A stretch of 64,000 nucleotides of DNA, from contig CAWDAS010000009.1 of NCBI GenBank assembly GCA_963800315.1, positions 266,461 through 330,460 on the forward strand, read 5' to 3'. Position 1 is the stretch's first letter; each line of letters begins with the position of its first letter. This DNA is from an uncultured Actinomycetota bacterium (GTDB taxonomy: Bacteria; Actinomycetota; Actinomycetes; Mycobacteriales; Mycobacteriaceae). Under the pieces are notes generated by a model. It made no database searches. It was not told the origin of the DNA and was given only the letters and a program-made list of their open reading frames with translations. Made by a program: the position numbers and the translations under genes. Below are positions 22,940-34,123 of this stretch, one piece after another.

Positions 22940-23726
22940 CTACTCGGCGATGCGAGTCGCCGGGTGAACCGCGATGAGCCCTAAGTTGCTGCGGCGCTTG
23001 CACATCGCCGCCAGCTCCGCGTAGGCCTTGGCGCCGAGCAGTTCGGTGAGTTCGTCGGCCATGCTCTCCCAGACCTGCCTGGCGCCGACATGGGCGCCGG
23101 GGTCGCCGGTGCAATACCAGTGCAGGTCGGCGCCACCGGAGCCCCAGCCGCGGCGGTCGTATTCGGTGACCCAGGTTTTGAGGATTTCGGTGCCGTCGGG
23201 CCGCGTCACCCACTCCTGGCTGCGCCGGATCGGCAACTGCCAGCAGACATCGGGCTTCATGGTCAGCGGGGCGCACGCCCAGCTTGAGGGCCTTGGTGTG
23301 CAGCGCGCAGCCCGCGCCGGCGGCAAAGCCGGGCCGGTTCAAGAAGATGCAGGCGTCCTTGTGCTTGCGGGTGCGGTACTGGGTTTGGCCGTCGTTCTCG
23401 TCGAGCTCCAGATAGCCCTTGCGGCCCAGGCCCTTTTCCCGGTACTGCCAATCGTCGTCGGTGAGCTGCCGGACGGCATCGTCGAGCCGGGCGCGGTCGT
23501 CGTCGTCGGACAGGAACGCGCCGTGCGAGCAACACCCGTCGTGGGGTCGGTCGGCCACCGTGCCGCGGCAGGCGGGCGTGCCGAACACACACGTCCACCG
23601 CGACAGCAGCCAGGTGAGGTCGGCCGCGATCAGATGCTCGGGGTTGTCCGGGTCGTAGAACTCCACCCACTCGCGGGCGAAGTCCAGTTCAACTTCCTGG
23701 CCCGGCTCGGGATGCGAATTCGCCAC
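22940..23726 (-). pseudogene. Cys-rich Rv0495c-like protein with an apparent +1 frameshift near 23270
   Basis: WVEFYDP..GCCSHGA..CIFLNR..GCALH in one frame and [13 protein letters not shown] in the next. Confidence 0.8.
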
Positions 23727-23935
23727 GGATTCCACGTTAGACGACGATTCCGGCGGCACGACCCGCTGACACCCGCGCGCGCAAGGGTCGTGGCGCGCCG
23801 CGCCCGGGCCGGGCCACAACGCGCGCGTGTCGGCTCCCGGCTACGTCGGATTGCCGGGCGCGCCCCCGCAAGCGGGCGGTACCCTCACCTCACTCCGCTT
23901 CGCGGAGCGCATCGTTGCCCGGCTAGGTTGTTTCC

Positions 23936-24952
23936 GTGCGATTGGGCGTCCTGGACGTGGGCAGCAATACGGTCCATCTGCTGGTGGTTGATGCCCATCG
24001 GGGCGGGCATCCGACCCCGATGAGTTCGACCAAGGCCACGCTGCGGCTGGCCGAGGCCACCGACAGCTCGGGCAAGATCACCAAACGCGGCGCCGAGAAG
24101 CTGATCTCCACGATCGACGAGTTCGCCAAGATCGCCGACAGCTCGGGCTGCGCCGAGCTGATGGCCTTCGCCACGTCGGCGGTGCGAGACGCCGAGAACT
24201 CCGAGGACGTGCTGGCCCGGGTGCGCAAAGAGACCGGCGTCGAACTGCGGGTGCTGCGCGGGGTCGACGAGTCGCGCCTGACCTTCCTGGCGGTGCGCCG
24301 GTGGTACGGGTGGAGCGCGGGCCGGATCATCAACCTGGACATCGGTGGAGGCTCGCTGGAGATGTCCAACGGCGTGGACGAGGAGCCCGAAGTCGCGTTG
24401 TCGCTGCCGCTGGGCGCCGCGCGGTTGACCCGCGAATGGCTGTCCGACGACCCGCCCGGCCGGCGCCGGGTGGCGATGCTGCGGGATTGGCTGGACGCCG
24501 AGCTCGCGGACGCCGCCGTGACCGTCCTGGAAGCGGGCGGCCCCGACCTGGCGGTGGCGACGTCGAAGACGTTCCGTTCGCTGGCCCGGCTCACCGGGGC
24601 GGCGCCGTCGGCGGCCGGCCCGCGGGCGAAGAGGACGCTCACGGCCAACGGGCTCAGACAACTCATATCTTTCATCTCTAGGATGACGACCGCTGACCGG
24701 GCAGAACTGGAAGGGGTGAGCGCCGAGCGGGCACCGCAAATCGTGGCGGGGGCCCTGGTGGCGGAGGCAAGCATGCGAGCGCTGTCGATTGAATCGGTGG
24801 ATATCTGTCCGTGGGCATTACGGGAAGGTCTCATCTTGCGCAAACTCGACAGCGAAGCCGACGGAACCGCCCTCATGGAGACTTCCGTGCGCGATGCTGG
24901 AGGCCAGGTAGTTGATCGGGATGGGAACCGATCGAGAGGCGACAAACAATGA
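23936..24952 (+). CDS. ppx1: Exopolyphosphatase Ppx/GppA (Rv0496)
   Basis: [23 protein letters not shown]. Confidence 0.93.
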   Translation: MRLGVLDVGSNTVHLLVVDAHRGGHPTPMSSTKATLRLAEATDSSGKITKRGAEKLISTIDEFAKIADSSGCAELMAFATSAVRDAENSEDVLARVRKETGVELRVLRGVDESRLTFLAVRRWYGWSAGRIINLDIGGGSLEMSNGVDEEPEVALSLPLGAARLTREWLSDDPPGRRRVAMLRDWLDAELADAAVTVLEAGGPDLAVATSKTFRSLARLTGAAPSAAGPRAKRTLTANGLRQLISFISRMTTADRAELEGVSAERAPQIVAGALVAEASMRALSIESVDICPWALREGLILRKLDSEADGTALMETSVRDAGGQVVDRDGNRSRGDKQ

Positions 24953-25950
24953 CCGGACCACACTCCGAGACCGAGAGCCCCGGCACCCGGCCGATCTCGG
25001 TGGCCGAATTGTTGGCCAGGAATGGAACCATCGGCGCCCCGGCGGTGACCCGGCGGCGGCGGCGCCGGCGCGGCGACGGCGACGCGGTCACGGTCGCCGA
25101 ACTGACCGGCGAGATCCCGGTCATTCGGGACGACGACGAAACCGAAACTGGTGCGGCGGAAGCGGTCGACGTCGCCGAGTCCCCGTCGCGCGTTGAACCG
25201 GTTGCCGACGAGGTCATCGCCGAGCCGGCCCCCCGAGACGAGTCGAGCACGGCGTACTGGTCCGAACCCGAGCCGCGCTGGCCGAAGTCACCGCCGCAGC
25301 CCCAGCGGGCGTCGGGGCCCGAACGCAGCGCTTACCCGCGGCCGGTGCGCGCTGTCGAGGCCGAGACCGACGACGACGGGCAACAGTCCGGTGCCGAGGA
25401 GATGAGCCCCGACCCGCTGGACCATTACGCCGATATCCCGGTGGATCTGATGGACTCCGAGGTCCGCGAAGCCGAACCTGCGACGGAAGATTCCGCCTAC
25501 GTCCGGTCCTTCCTGCAGGCATCGGATTCGACCCTGGCGGGCGACGAAGACGCGGAGCAGGCCGAGCCGGACGCCGGGTCGCTGACCACCGAATTGCTGG
25601 CCGGCGAGGAACCCGGGGACGAGCATCTCGACGCCGGGGCTGGGCGCGTCGCGGCCCCGGAGGTCCGTCGGCCGCAGGGCAGGCTGCAGGCGCTGTGGCG
25701 CGGCAGCCTGGTGGTGCTGCAGTCGATTCTGGCCGTCGCGTTCGGGGCCGGGCTGTTCGTGGCGTTCGACGAGTTGTGGCGGTGGAACAGCATCGTGGCT
25801 CTGGTGCTCTCGGTGCTGGTCATCCTTGGCCTGGTCGTCGGCGTTCGGGTGGTCCGCAAGACCGAGGACATCGCCAGCACATTGATCGCGGTCGCGGTGG
25901 GGGCGCTGATCACCCTGGGGCCGTTGGCGCTGTCGTTGCAGTCGGGCTAA
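24949..25950 (+). CDS. Membrane protein with acidic disordered N-terminus (Rv0497-like)
   Basis: [11 protein letters not shown] and [13 protein letters not shown] motifs; three C-terminal TM segments. Confidence 0.85.
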   Translation: MTGPHSETESPGTRPISVAELLARNGTIGAPAVTRRRRRRRGDGDAVTVAELTGEIPVIRDDDETETGAAEAVDVAESPSRVEPVADEVIAEPAPRDESSTAYWSEPEPRWPKSPPQPQRASGPERSAYPRPVRAVEAETDDDGQQSGAEEMSPDPLDHYADIPVDLMDSEVREAEPATEDSAYVRSFLQASDSTLAGDEDAEQAEPDAGSLTTELLAGEEPGDEHLDAGAGRVAAPEVRRPQGRLQALWRGSLVVLQSILAVAFGAGLFVAFDELWRWNSIVALVLSVLVILGLVVGVRVVRKTEDIASTLIAVAVGALITLGPLALSLQSG

Positions 25951-25967
25951 GACGGCACCACGCGACA

Positions 25968-26810
25968 GTGCGCCCAGCCATCAAAGTCGGACTTTCTACG
26001 GCTTCGGTGTACCCGTTGCGGGCCGAGGCCGCCTTCGAGTACGCGGCCCGGCTCGGCTATGACGGGATCGAGCTGATGGTGTGGGCCGAATCGGTCAGCC
26101 AGGACATCGACGCCGTAAAGAAGCTGTCCCGGCGGTATCGGGTACCGGTGTTGTCCGTGCACGCGCCGTGCCTGCTGATCTCGCAGCGGGTGTGGGGCGC
26201 CAACCCGATTCCCAAGCTGGAACGCAGCGTGCGGGCCGCCGAACAGCTCGGCGCGCAGACGGTCGTGGTGCACCCGCCCTTCCGCTGGCAGCGGCGCTAC
26301 GCCGACGGTTTCACCGAGCAGGTTGCGACCCTGGAGGCGGGCAGCGACGTGATGGTCGCGGTGGAGAACATGTTCCCGTTCCGGGCGGACCGCTTCTTCG
26401 GGTCGGGCCAGTCGCGGGAACGGATGCGCAGGCGCGGCGGCGGCCCGGGTCCGGCGATCTCGGCGTTCGCGCCCTCCTACGACCCGCTGGACGGCAACCA
26501 CGCGCACTACACGCTGGACTTGTCCCACACCGCGACCGCGGGCAGCGACTCGCTGGACATGGCGCAGCGGATGGGAGCGGGGCTGGTCCATCTGCACCTG
26601 TGCGACGGCAGCGGCCTGCCCGCCGACGAGCACCTGGTGCCCGGACGCGGCACCCAGCCGACCGCCGAGGTCTGCCAGATGCTGGCCGGCGGCCATTTCG
26701 CCGGGCACGTCATCCTGGAGGTGTCCACCTCCAGCGCGCGCAGCGCCAATGAGCGCGAAAGCATGCTCGCCGAATCGTTGCAGTTCGCCCGCAGCCACCT
26801 GCTGCGCTGA
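25968..26810 (+). CDS. Sugar phosphate isomerase/AP endonuclease 2 family TIM barrel (Rv0498-like)
   Basis: VAVENMFP, TLDLSH, HLHLCDG, DEHLVPG. Confidence 0.88.
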   Translation: MRPAIKVGLSTASVYPLRAEAAFEYAARLGYDGIELMVWAESVSQDIDAVKKLSRRYRVPVLSVHAPCLLISQRVWGANPIPKLERSVRAAEQLGAQTVVVHPPFRWQRRYADGFTEQVATLEAGSDVMVAVENMFPFRADRFFGSGQSRERMRRRGGGPGPAISAFAPSYDPLDGNHAHYTLDLSHTATAGSDSLDMAQRMGAGLVHLHLCDGSGLPADEHLVPGRGTQPTAEVCQMLAGGHFAGHVILEVSTSSARSANERESMLAESLQFARSHLLR

Positions 26811-26833
26811 TTTCCAGGAGACCCCCACGGCCT

Positions 26834-27664
26834 ATGAATGCGTTGTTCACCGAGGCGATGACGCTGCGGCAGGTCGACCCAGGCGTGTTCGAAGGTGAAC
26901 TGAACAAGCACTGGACCATCGGCCCCAAGGTGCACGGCGGCGCGATGCTGGCGCTGTGCGCCAACGCCGCCCGCACCGCCTGCGCCGACACGGCGACCGG
27001 GCCCGAACCGGTCGCCGTGTCGGCGAGCTTTCTGTCGGCCCCGGATTCGGGGGTCATGCAGCTGGTGACGTCGATCCGCAAGCGGGGCCGCCGGATCAGC
27101 GTCGTCGATGTCGAGCTCCTGCAGGGCGGGCGCACCGCGGTCCACGCCGTCGTCAATCTCGGCGAACCGGAGCACTATCCCCCCGGCGGTGACGTGGCGC
27201 CGCTGCTGTCGGCGAACCCGGTCATCGATCTCATGGCGCCCGAGCCGCCCGACGACGTCGCGCCGATCGGGCCGGGCCACCCCCTGGCCGGCCTGGTGCA
27301 CCTGGGGGAGGGCTGCGACGTGCGGCCGCTGCTGTCGACGATGGGCCGCGGCCACGACGGGGGCCCGCCGGTGATTCAGATGTGGGCGCGCCCCCGCGGC
27401 GTGGCGCCGGACCCGCTGTTCGCGCTCATGTGCGGGGATCTCTCGGCGCCGGTGACGTTCGCCGTGGACCGCACCGGCTGGGCGCCCACCGTCCAGCTGA
27501 CGGCCTTCCTGCGGGCCCGCCCGGCCGATGGCTGGCTGCGAATCATCGCGACCTGCATGGAGATCGGGCATGACTGGTTCGACGAGGACCACATCGTCGT
27601 CGACAGCTTGGGCCGCCTGGTGGTGCAGGCGCGGCAATTGGCGTTGGTCCCTGCCGCTCGCTAG
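26834..27664 (+). CDS. Thioesterase, double hotdog fold (Rv0499-like)
   Basis: WTIGPKVHGG and GWAPTVQLT motifs. Confidence 0.85.
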   Translation: MNALFTEAMTLRQVDPGVFEGELNKHWTIGPKVHGGAMLALCANAARTACADTATGPEPVAVSASFLSAPDSGVMQLVTSIRKRGRRISVVDVELLQGGRTAVHAVVNLGEPEHYPPGGDVAPLLSANPVIDLMAPEPPDDVAPIGPGHPLAGLVHLGEGCDVRPLLSTMGRGHDGGPPVIQMWARPRGVAPDPLFALMCGDLSAPVTFAVDRTGWAPTVQLTAFLRARPADGWLRIIATCMEIGHDWFDEDHIVVDSLGRLVVQARQLALVPAAR

Positions 27665-27679
27665 TGCCCGGTGTCTGCG

Positions 27680-28567
27680 ATGCTGTCCGGCATGGCAAGA
27701 ATCGCGATCATCGGTGGCGGCAGCATCGGGGAGGCACTGCTGTCGGGTCTGCTGCGCGCCGGCCGGCAGGTGAAAGACCTGGTGGTGGCCGAACGCGTCC
27801 CCGAGCGCGCCAAGTACCTGGCAAACACCTATTCGGTGTTGATCACGTCGGTGGCGGACGCCATGGAGAACGCGACGTTCGTCGTGGTCGCCGTGAAACC
27901 CGCCGACGTGGAATCGGTGCTGGGGGAGCTGTCCCGGGCGGCCACCGCGGCCGAGAACGACAGCGCCGAGCAGGTGTTCGTCACGGTCGCGGCGGGCATC
28001 GCGATCACGTACTTCGAGTCCAAGCTTCCGGCCGGAACGCCGGTGGTGCGGGCGATGCCGAACGCGGCGGCGTTGGTCGGGGCGGGGGTGACCGCGCTGG
28101 CGAAGGGCCGTTTCGTCACCGTGCCGCAGCTCGAGGAGGTCTCGGCCCTGTTCGGCTCCGTCGGCGGGGTGCTGACCGTTCCGGAAGCCCAGCTGGACGC
28201 CGTGACCGCGCTGTCGGGGTCGGGCCCGGCCTATTTCTTTCTGCTGGTCGAGGCCCTGGTGGACGCCGGTGTCGCGGCGGGCCTGAGCCGTGTGGTGGCC
28301 ACCGACCTGGCCGCCCAGACCATGGCCGGGTCGTCGGCAATGCTGCTGGAACGGATGGAATCCGAGCGGCGCAGCGCCGAGGGCGAGGCGCTGGGCGCCC
28401 GGGTGGACGCGGCGGCGGCGCAGCTGCGCGCAATGATCACGTCGCCCGGCGGCACCACCGCCGCCGCGCTGCGTGAGCTGGAACGGGGCGGGCTGCGGGC
28501 GGCCGTCGACGCCGCCGTTCAGGCCGCCAAAACGCGCTCTGAGCAGCTAAGAATTACATCAGAATAA
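27680..28567 (+). CDS. proC: Pyrroline-5-carboxylate reductase
   Basis: IIGGGSIG, RAMPN, ALSGSGPAY, SPGGTT. Confidence 0.96.
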   Translation: MLSGMARIAIIGGGSIGEALLSGLLRAGRQVKDLVVAERVPERAKYLANTYSVLITSVADAMENATFVVVAVKPADVESVLGELSRAATAAENDSAEQVFVTVAAGIAITYFESKLPAGTPVVRAMPNAAALVGAGVTALAKGRFVTVPQLEEVSALFGSVGGVLTVPEAQLDAVTALSGSGPAYFFLLVEALVDAGVAAGLSRVVATDLAAQTMAGSSAMLLERMESERRSAEGEALGARVDAAAAQLRAMITSPGGTTAAALRELERGGLRAAVDAAVQAAKTRSEQLRITSE

Positions 28568-28706
28568 TTCAAGTATTTTGAACTGATTGTCCCCCACCAG
28601 TACCAGTAACCCCATCAGTCCCGCTATTCTCCTCTTGTATGCACGTGTGGGTGCCGGCGGAGGGGAAGCCGCTGGCATTGCGCGTGCCTGACACGATTGG
28701 GTTGCG

Positions 28707-28961
28707 ATGACGTCTACGAACGGGCCATCGGCGCGAGATTCTGCAGGCAAGCGGGACACCGGTCCCGTCGATGGCCAGCAGGCCAGGACGCAATTTCTGA
28801 CCGTCGCCGAGGTGGCTGCGTTGATGCGGGTCTCCAAGATGACGGTGTACCGGCTGGTGCACAACGGCGATCTGCCCGCGGTTCGGGTCGGGCGGTCGTT
28901 CCGGGTGCATGCCAAGGCGGTTCACGACATGCTGGAGACGTCGTACTTCGACGCCGGCTGA
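28707..28961 (+). CDS. Excisionase-like HTH DNA-binding protein (Rv0500A; BdtA/BldC-like)
   Basis: FLTVAEVAALMRVSKMTVYRLVH..GRSFRV. Confidence 0.9.
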   Translation: MTSTNGPSARDSAGKRDTGPVDGQQARTQFLTVAEVAALMRVSKMTVYRLVHNGDLPAVRVGRSFRVHAKAVHDMLETSYFDAG

Positions 28962-29125
28962 CCCAGTCTGCCCGCGCGCCGAGGGACGGGCCGCGGAGCA
29001 GTCGCACGCGTGGCTTGCGCTCACGCGGCGCTTCACCAAATCCGGTTTGGTGTTTGGTGCGCCGTGCCGGTTAAAGTGTCCGGGTCCAATCTTGCAAGCA
29101 GGCCACGGGTTAGATAGCGGAGTTC

Positions 29126-29227
29126 ATGGGTTCAGTAATCAAGAAGCGGCGCAAGCGCATGTCGAAGAAGAAGCACCGCAAGCTGCTGCGTCGTACCCGG
29201 GTGCAGCGCAGAAAACTCGGCAAGTAA
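29126..29227 (+). CDS. 30S ribosomal protein bS22 (Rv0500B), 33 aa, absent from the ORF track
   Basis: [33 protein letters not shown]. Confidence 0.95.
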
Positions 29228-29241
29228 CCCGCCCGCCGGCC

Positions 29242-29266
29242 GCCCGCGGCGGTACCTGCCGCGGGC
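29242..29266 (+). terminator. GC hairpin after bS22
   Basis: GCCCGCGGC-GGTACCT-GCCGCGGGC. Confidence 0.45.
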
Positions 29267-29290
29267 CGGCCCGGCCGCTACGCTGTTCGG

Positions 29291-30415
29291 GTGGATCCGT
29301 CGAGTGGGGATGACGCCGGAGCAGGTGGCACCGCGAGCGGTGTGCACTATCCCAGGGTTGTGCTGGTTACCGGTGCGTGCCGGTTCCTGGGCGGCTACCT
29401 GACAGCCCGGCTCGCGCAGAACCCGATGATCAAAGGCATCATCGCGGTGGATGCCATTGCCCCCAGCAAAGACATGCTACGCCGCATGGGGCGCGCCGAC
29501 TTCGTTCGTGCCGACATTCGTAACCCCTTCATCGCCAAGGTGATTCGCAACGGCGAAGTCGACACGGTGGTGCATGCCGCCGCGGCCTCGTACGCGCCGC
29601 GGTCCGGCGGTAGCGCGGCGTTGAAGGAAATCAACGTGATGGGCGCGATGCAGTTGTTCGCGGCCTGTCAGAAGGCGCCCTCGGTGCGACGCGTGGTGCT
29701 CAAGTCGACGTCTGAGGTGTACGGGTCCAGCGCACACGATCCGGTGGTGTTCACCGAGGACAGCACCAGCCGTCGACCCTTCCGCGGGGGGTTCGCCAAG
29801 GACAGTCTCGATATCGAAACGTACGCGCGCGGCCTGGGCCGGCGCCGGCCCGACATCGCGGTGACGATTCTGCGCCTGGCCAACATGATCGGACCGGCGA
29901 TGGACACCACGCTGTCGCGCTACCTGGCCGGGCCGCTGGTGCCCACCATGTTCGGCCGGGACGCGCGACTGCAGCTGCTGCACGAACAGGATGCGCTGGG
30001 CGCGCTGGAGCGCGCGGCGATGGCGGGCAAGGCCGGAACGTTCAACATCGGTGCCGACGGGATCATCATGCTTTCGCAGGCGATCCGACGGGCCGGCCGA
30101 ATCCCGTTGCCAGTACCGGCTTTTGGCGTCTGGGCCCTGGATTCACTAAGGCGTGCTAATCATTATAACGAGATCAGTCGCGATCAGTTCGAGTATTTGA
30201 GTTACGGCCGGGTCATGGATACCACCCGGATGCGCTCGGAACTTGGCTACCAGCCTAAATGGACGACGGCTGAGGCGTTCGACGACTATGTCCGCGGCCG
30301 CGGCCTGACTCCCATTATCGACCCTCATCGGGTACGCTCCTTGGAAGGTCGCGCCATAGCCTTAGCACAGCGGTTGGGCAGCCGAAATCCAAGTCCGTGG
30401 GGTGGGGTCAGGTAG
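29291..30415 (+). CDS. galE2: NAD-dependent epimerase/dehydratase (Rv0501)
   Basis: VLVTGACRFLGG, STSEVYG; synteny. Confidence 0.88.
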   Translation: MDPSSGDDAGAGGTASGVHYPRVVLVTGACRFLGGYLTARLAQNPMIKGIIAVDAIAPSKDMLRRMGRADFVRADIRNPFIAKVIRNGEVDTVVHAAAASYAPRSGGSAALKEINVMGAMQLFAACQKAPSVRRVVLKSTSEVYGSSAHDPVVFTEDSTSRRPFRGGFAKDSLDIETYARGLGRRRPDIAVTILRLANMIGPAMDTTLSRYLAGPLVPTMFGRDARLQLLHEQDALGALERAAMAGKAGTFNIGADGIIMLSQAIRRAGRIPLPVPAFGVWALDSLRRANHYNEISRDQFEYLSYGRVMDTTRMRSELGYQPKWTTAEAFDDYVRGRGLTPIIDPHRVRSLEGRAIALAQRLGSRNPSPWGGVR

Positions 30416-30420
30416 GTATC

Positions 30421-31485
30421 GTGGCGGGTGAAAACAGGGCGAATGTCATTCCGCTGCACAGCAATCGGGGCCGGGTAGCGGCCCGTCGCAGAGGCGATCA
30501 ACGGGACCCGTCCCGGCAGCATCCCTCGTTACTCGCGGATCCGCGCGGGGGGGCGTCGGCCGAACAGATCGCCGCCGTCGTCCGCGAGATCGATGAGCAT
30601 CGGCGTGCGGCGGGCGCGACATCAGCTGCCGATGCCCCGCTCAATGAGCTTGCTCAGCGCGTCGCCGGTGTCGCCGGTTTTTTCCGCCAGCGGCTGATGG
30701 GCGACTACACCGTCGACGAATTCGGCTTCGATCCGCACTTCAACACCGCCATCGTCCGGCCGTTGCTGCGGTTCTTCTTCCGGTCGTGGTTCCGGGTGGA
30801 AGTCACCGGTGTCGAGCACCTGCCGAGCGAAGGTCCCGCGCTGGTGGTGGCCAACCACGCCGGAGTGTTGCCGTTCGACGGGTTGATGTTGTCGGTGGCC
30901 GTGCACGACGAGCACCCGGCGCATCGCGACCTGCGGCTGCTTGCCGCCGACATGGTGTTCGACTTGCCGGTGGTGGGCGAGGCGGCCCGCAGGGCGGGTC
31001 ACACCATGGCCTGCACGACGGACGCGCACCGGTTACTGGCCGCCGGCGAGCTCACCGCCGTGTTCCCGGAGGGCTACAAGGGGTTGGGCAAGCGCTTCGA
31101 GGATCGCTATCGGTTGCAGCGATTCGGCCGGGGCGGCTTCGTGACCGCGGCGCTGCGCACCAAGGCGCCGATCATCCCGTGTTCCATCGTCGGGTCGGAA
31201 GAGATTTATCCGATGCTGACCGATGTCAAGATGCTGGCGCGGCTGTTCGGCCTGCCCTACTTCCCGATCACGCCGCTGTTCCCGTTGGCCGGGCCCGCGG
31301 GCCTGGTGCCGCTGCCATCGAAATGGCGCATCGCGTTCGGTGAGCCGATCTATACCAACGACTACGCCGCTTCCGACGCCGACGACCCGATGGTCACCTT
31401 CGAATTGACCGATCAGGTGCGCGAGACCATCCAGCAGACCCTGTACCGGTTGCTCGCCGGCCGTCGCAACGTCTTCTTCGGCTGA
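30421..31485 (+). CDS. PlsC-family acyltransferase (Rv0502-like)
   Basis: VANHAGVLPFD (HX4D), VFPEG, FGRGG. Confidence 0.9.
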   Translation: MAGENRANVIPLHSNRGRVAARRRGDQRDPSRQHPSLLADPRGGASAEQIAAVVREIDEHRRAAGATSAADAPLNELAQRVAGVAGFFRQRLMGDYTVDEFGFDPHFNTAIVRPLLRFFFRSWFRVEVTGVEHLPSEGPALVVANHAGVLPFDGLMLSVAVHDEHPAHRDLRLLAADMVFDLPVVGEAARRAGHTMACTTDAHRLLAAGELTAVFPEGYKGLGKRFEDRYRLQRFGRGGFVTAALRTKAPIIPCSIVGSEEIYPMLTDVKMLARLFGLPYFPITPLFPLAGPAGLVPLPSKWRIAFGEPIYTNDYAASDADDPMVTFELTDQVRETIQQTLYRLLAGRRNVFFG

Positions 31486-31501
31486 GCCGCGCGTTCTTCG
31501 C

Positions 31502-31562
31502 CGCGAGCGTAATCTCACCGCGAAAATGCCCGGCGTGATTTCGCAGTGGCGTTACGCTCGCG
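31502..31562. repeat. REP-like imperfect palindrome between convergent genes (possible bidirectional terminator)
   Basis: CGCGAGCGTAA...TTACGCTCGCG outer arms; inner CACCGCGAAA / TTTCGCAGTG. Confidence 0.7.
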
Positions 31563-31595
31563 AACGGCAAGCCCGCGACGCCAAGCCGCTTGGGG

Positions 31596-32501
31596 CTACT
31601 TCACCAAGGTGAACTGGCAGACATCCGTGTAGTGGTCGCGGAACAGGTCCGAGCAGCCCCGCAGGTAGTGCATGTAGATGTCGTAGGTCTCCTGCCCCTT
31701 CAGGGCGATCGCCTCGTCCTTGTGGGCCTCGAGGACGTCGGCCCAGGTGCTCAGCGTCGGCACGTAGTTCGAGCCGATCCGGTGGTAACGCTCGACCTTC
31801 CAGCCGGCGTTCGACGAGTAGTGGTCCACCTGGGAGATCCGGGGCAGGCGGCCGCCGGGGAAGATCTCGGTCAGGATGAACTTGATGAACCGCAGCAGGC
31901 TCATCGGCGACGTCAGGCCGAGCTCCTTGGCTTCCTCGGCGTCCGGGATGGTGATCGTGTGCAGCAGCATCCGGCCGTCGTCGGGCGTCAGGCTGTAGAA
32001 CTTCTTGAAAAAGGTGTCGTACCGCTCGAACCCGGCGTCCCCGGCACCGTCGGCGAAGTGCTCGAACGCGCCGAGTGACACGATGCGGTCCACCGGCTCG
32101 TCGAACTCCTCCCAGCCCTGGATCCGCACCTCTTTGCGGCGGGGGCTGTCCATCTCGGCGAACTTCGCCACGTCGTGGGCGTACTGGTTTTCGCTCAGCG
32201 TCAGGCCGATCACGTTGACGTCGTACTCGGCGACCGCGTGCCGCATCGTCGAGCCCCAGCCGCAGCCGATGTCGAGCAGCGTCATGCCGGGCTCGAGGTT
32301 CAGCTTGTCCAGTGCCAGCTTGCGTTTGGCGTATTGCGCTTCCTCCAGCGTCATGTCGGGACGCTCGAAGTAGGCGCAGCTGTAGGTCATCGACGGATCA
32401 AGCCAGAGCTTGAAGAATTCGTTGGATTTGTCGTAGTGGGACCGGACCGCGTCGACCGGCGGCTTCAGTTGGGTGCCACCCGTTTCACCCTGGGACGTCA
32501 T
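31596..32501 (-). CDS. cmaA2: Mycolic acid cyclopropane synthase CmaA2
   Basis: [22 protein letters not shown]; insertion [18 protein letters not shown]. Confidence 0.93.
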   Translation of the reverse strand: MTSQGETGGTQLKPPVDAVRSHYDKSNEFFKLWLDPSMTYSCAYFERPDMTLEEAQYAKRKLALDKLNLEPGMTLLDIGCGWGSTMRHAVAEYDVNVIGLTLSENQYAHDVAKFAEMDSPRRKEVRIQGWEEFDEPVDRIVSLGAFEHFADGAGDAGFERYDTFFKKFYSLTPDDGRMLLHTITIPDAEEAKELGLTSPMSLLRFIKFILTEIFPGGRLPRISQVDHYSSNAGWKVERYHRIGSNYVPTLSTWADVLEAHKDEAIALKGQETYDIYMHYLRGCSDLFRDHYTDVCQFTLVK

Positions 32502-32511
32502 TGAATTGACC

Positions 32512-33024
32512 CTACTTTCCGGCTGATATGGATGCAATTGCGGCCATCGTCTCGTCCGCGCCCGCTTCTTGATGCGCGGCTTCCCCCAACATCGTGACCG
32601 TACTGGTGACCACCGGCTGCCCGTCGGCGTCTGTCACTTCACTGCGAATCTCCGCGATGACGGTGCCGTGGGACTCTAACACCGAGTCGAGGTAGGTGTC
32701 GAAGAACAGCTTGTCGTGGGTCAGGATCGGCCGGTGGAACCGGAACTTCTGGTCGCGGTGGAAAACTCGGGCGATGTTGATCGGGATGCTGAACTTGGTG
32801 AAGATCTCCAGCTGCACCCGCCGGCCGGCGATGGCCAAAAACGTCAGCGGCGCCACCACCGAGGGGTATCCGGCGGCGGCGGCGTCGGCCTCGCTGTAGT
32901 GCATCGGGTGGTCGTCCTTGACCGCGACCGCGAATTCGCGGATCTTCTCGCGCCCGACCTCGAAGTAGTCAGGTGCCCGGTAATGGCTGCCGATGAGCCC
33001 CTGGGCTTCTGGGTGAATTGTCAT
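32512..33024 (-). CDS. MaoC/HadA-like hotdog dehydratase (Rv0504c-like)
   Basis: [10 protein letters not shown] and APLTF motifs. Confidence 0.88.
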   Translation of the reverse strand: MTIHPEAQGLIGSHYRAPDYFEVGREKIREFAVAVKDDHPMHYSEADAAAAGYPSVVAPLTFLAIAGRRVQLEIFTKFSIPINIARVFHRDQKFRFHRPILTHDKLFFDTYLDSVLESHGTVIAEIRSEVTDADGQPVVTSTVTMLGEAAHQEAGADETMAAIASISAGK

Positions 33025-33068
33025 GGCGCTGCGCCCTCCGCTCGAATCCTCGCTAGCGGCGCAGCCTA

Positions 33069-33971
33069 TCAGCGTGCATGGCGTCGCGACGCCAGAGCCG
33101 CCAGGGCGCCGCCGGCGGCGCCCAGCGCCAACGCCGACGGAACCCCGATCCGGGCGGCCTTGCGCGCGGTGCGAAAGTCGCGGATTTCCCAGCCGCGTTC
33201 GCGGGCCAGGGCGCGCAACCGGGCGTCGGGGTTGATGGCGACCGCGGTGCCGACCAGCGACAGCATGGGCACGTCGTTGTAGCTGTCGGAGTAGGCGGTG
33301 CAGCGTTTGAGGTTGAGGCCCTCGCGGATGGCCAGTGACCGCACGGCGTGCGCCTTCCCGGTGCCGTGCAGGATCTCGCCGACCAGGCTGCCGGTGAATG
33401 CGCCGTCGACCGACTCCGCGACCGTTCCCAGCGCGCCGGTCAGACCGAGCCGGCGCGCGATGGTCGCCGCGAGTTCGTATGGCGTGGCGGTGATCAGCCA
33501 CACCTGCTGGCCCGCGTCGAGGTGCATCTGGGTCAGCTCGCGGGTGCCGGGCCAGATCTTGTCGGCGATGATCTCGTCGTAGATGTCCTCCCCCAGAGCG
33601 ACCAGCTCGTCGACCGATCGGCCCTCGATGAAGGCGAGCGCCTTGCGCCGGCCCGCGGCGACGTCGTTGCTGTTCTCCTTGCCGAGCACCTGAAACTTCG
33701 CCTGGGCGTAAACGAAACCCAGCACATCGCGGTAGGTGAAGTAGTTGCGGGCGGCCAGCCCCCGGCCGAAATGCACCGCCGACGAGCCCTGCACCAGGGT
33801 GTTGTCCACGTCGAAGAACGCGGCCGCGGTCAAGTCGATCGGCGGCTGAGGGCCCTCGCCGGCGGCCGCTTCCTGCATGCCCTGCAGCGCGCGGACGGCG
33901 CTGGCGTCGGCTGCTATCGACTCCAGGTCAGCGCGACTGACGTCCGCGCCGTCCGGGTCAGAGGAAGCCAT
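33069..33971 (-). CDS. serB1: HAD-IB hydrolase SerB1
   Basis: [29 protein letters not shown]. Confidence 0.9.
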   Translation of the reverse strand: MASSDPDGADVSRADLESIAADASAVRALQGMQEAAAGEGPQPPIDLTAAAFFDVDNTLVQGSSAVHFGRGLAARNYFTYRDVLGFVYAQAKFQVLGKENSNDVAAGRRKALAFIEGRSVDELVALGEDIYDEIIADKIWPGTRELTQMHLDAGQQVWLITATPYELAATIARRLGLTGALGTVAESVDGAFTGSLVGEILHGTGKAHAVRSLAIREGLNLKRCTAYSDSYNDVPMLSLVGTAVAINPDARLRALARERGWEIRDFRTARKAARIGVPSALALGAAGGALAALASRRHAR

Positions 33972-34123
33972 CGCCAAACCTCCTAGCTCGCTGTGCCGCC
34001 CGGTGGGCCCGTGGGTGACCGGTATCCAACACTATCCGGCAGATGTTGTGCGCAGGTTTACCCGCCTGGCCTGGTGGGAGGTTGCGACGCGAACCGAATG
34101 CGGCGGGCCTCAGCGGCGGCGGC

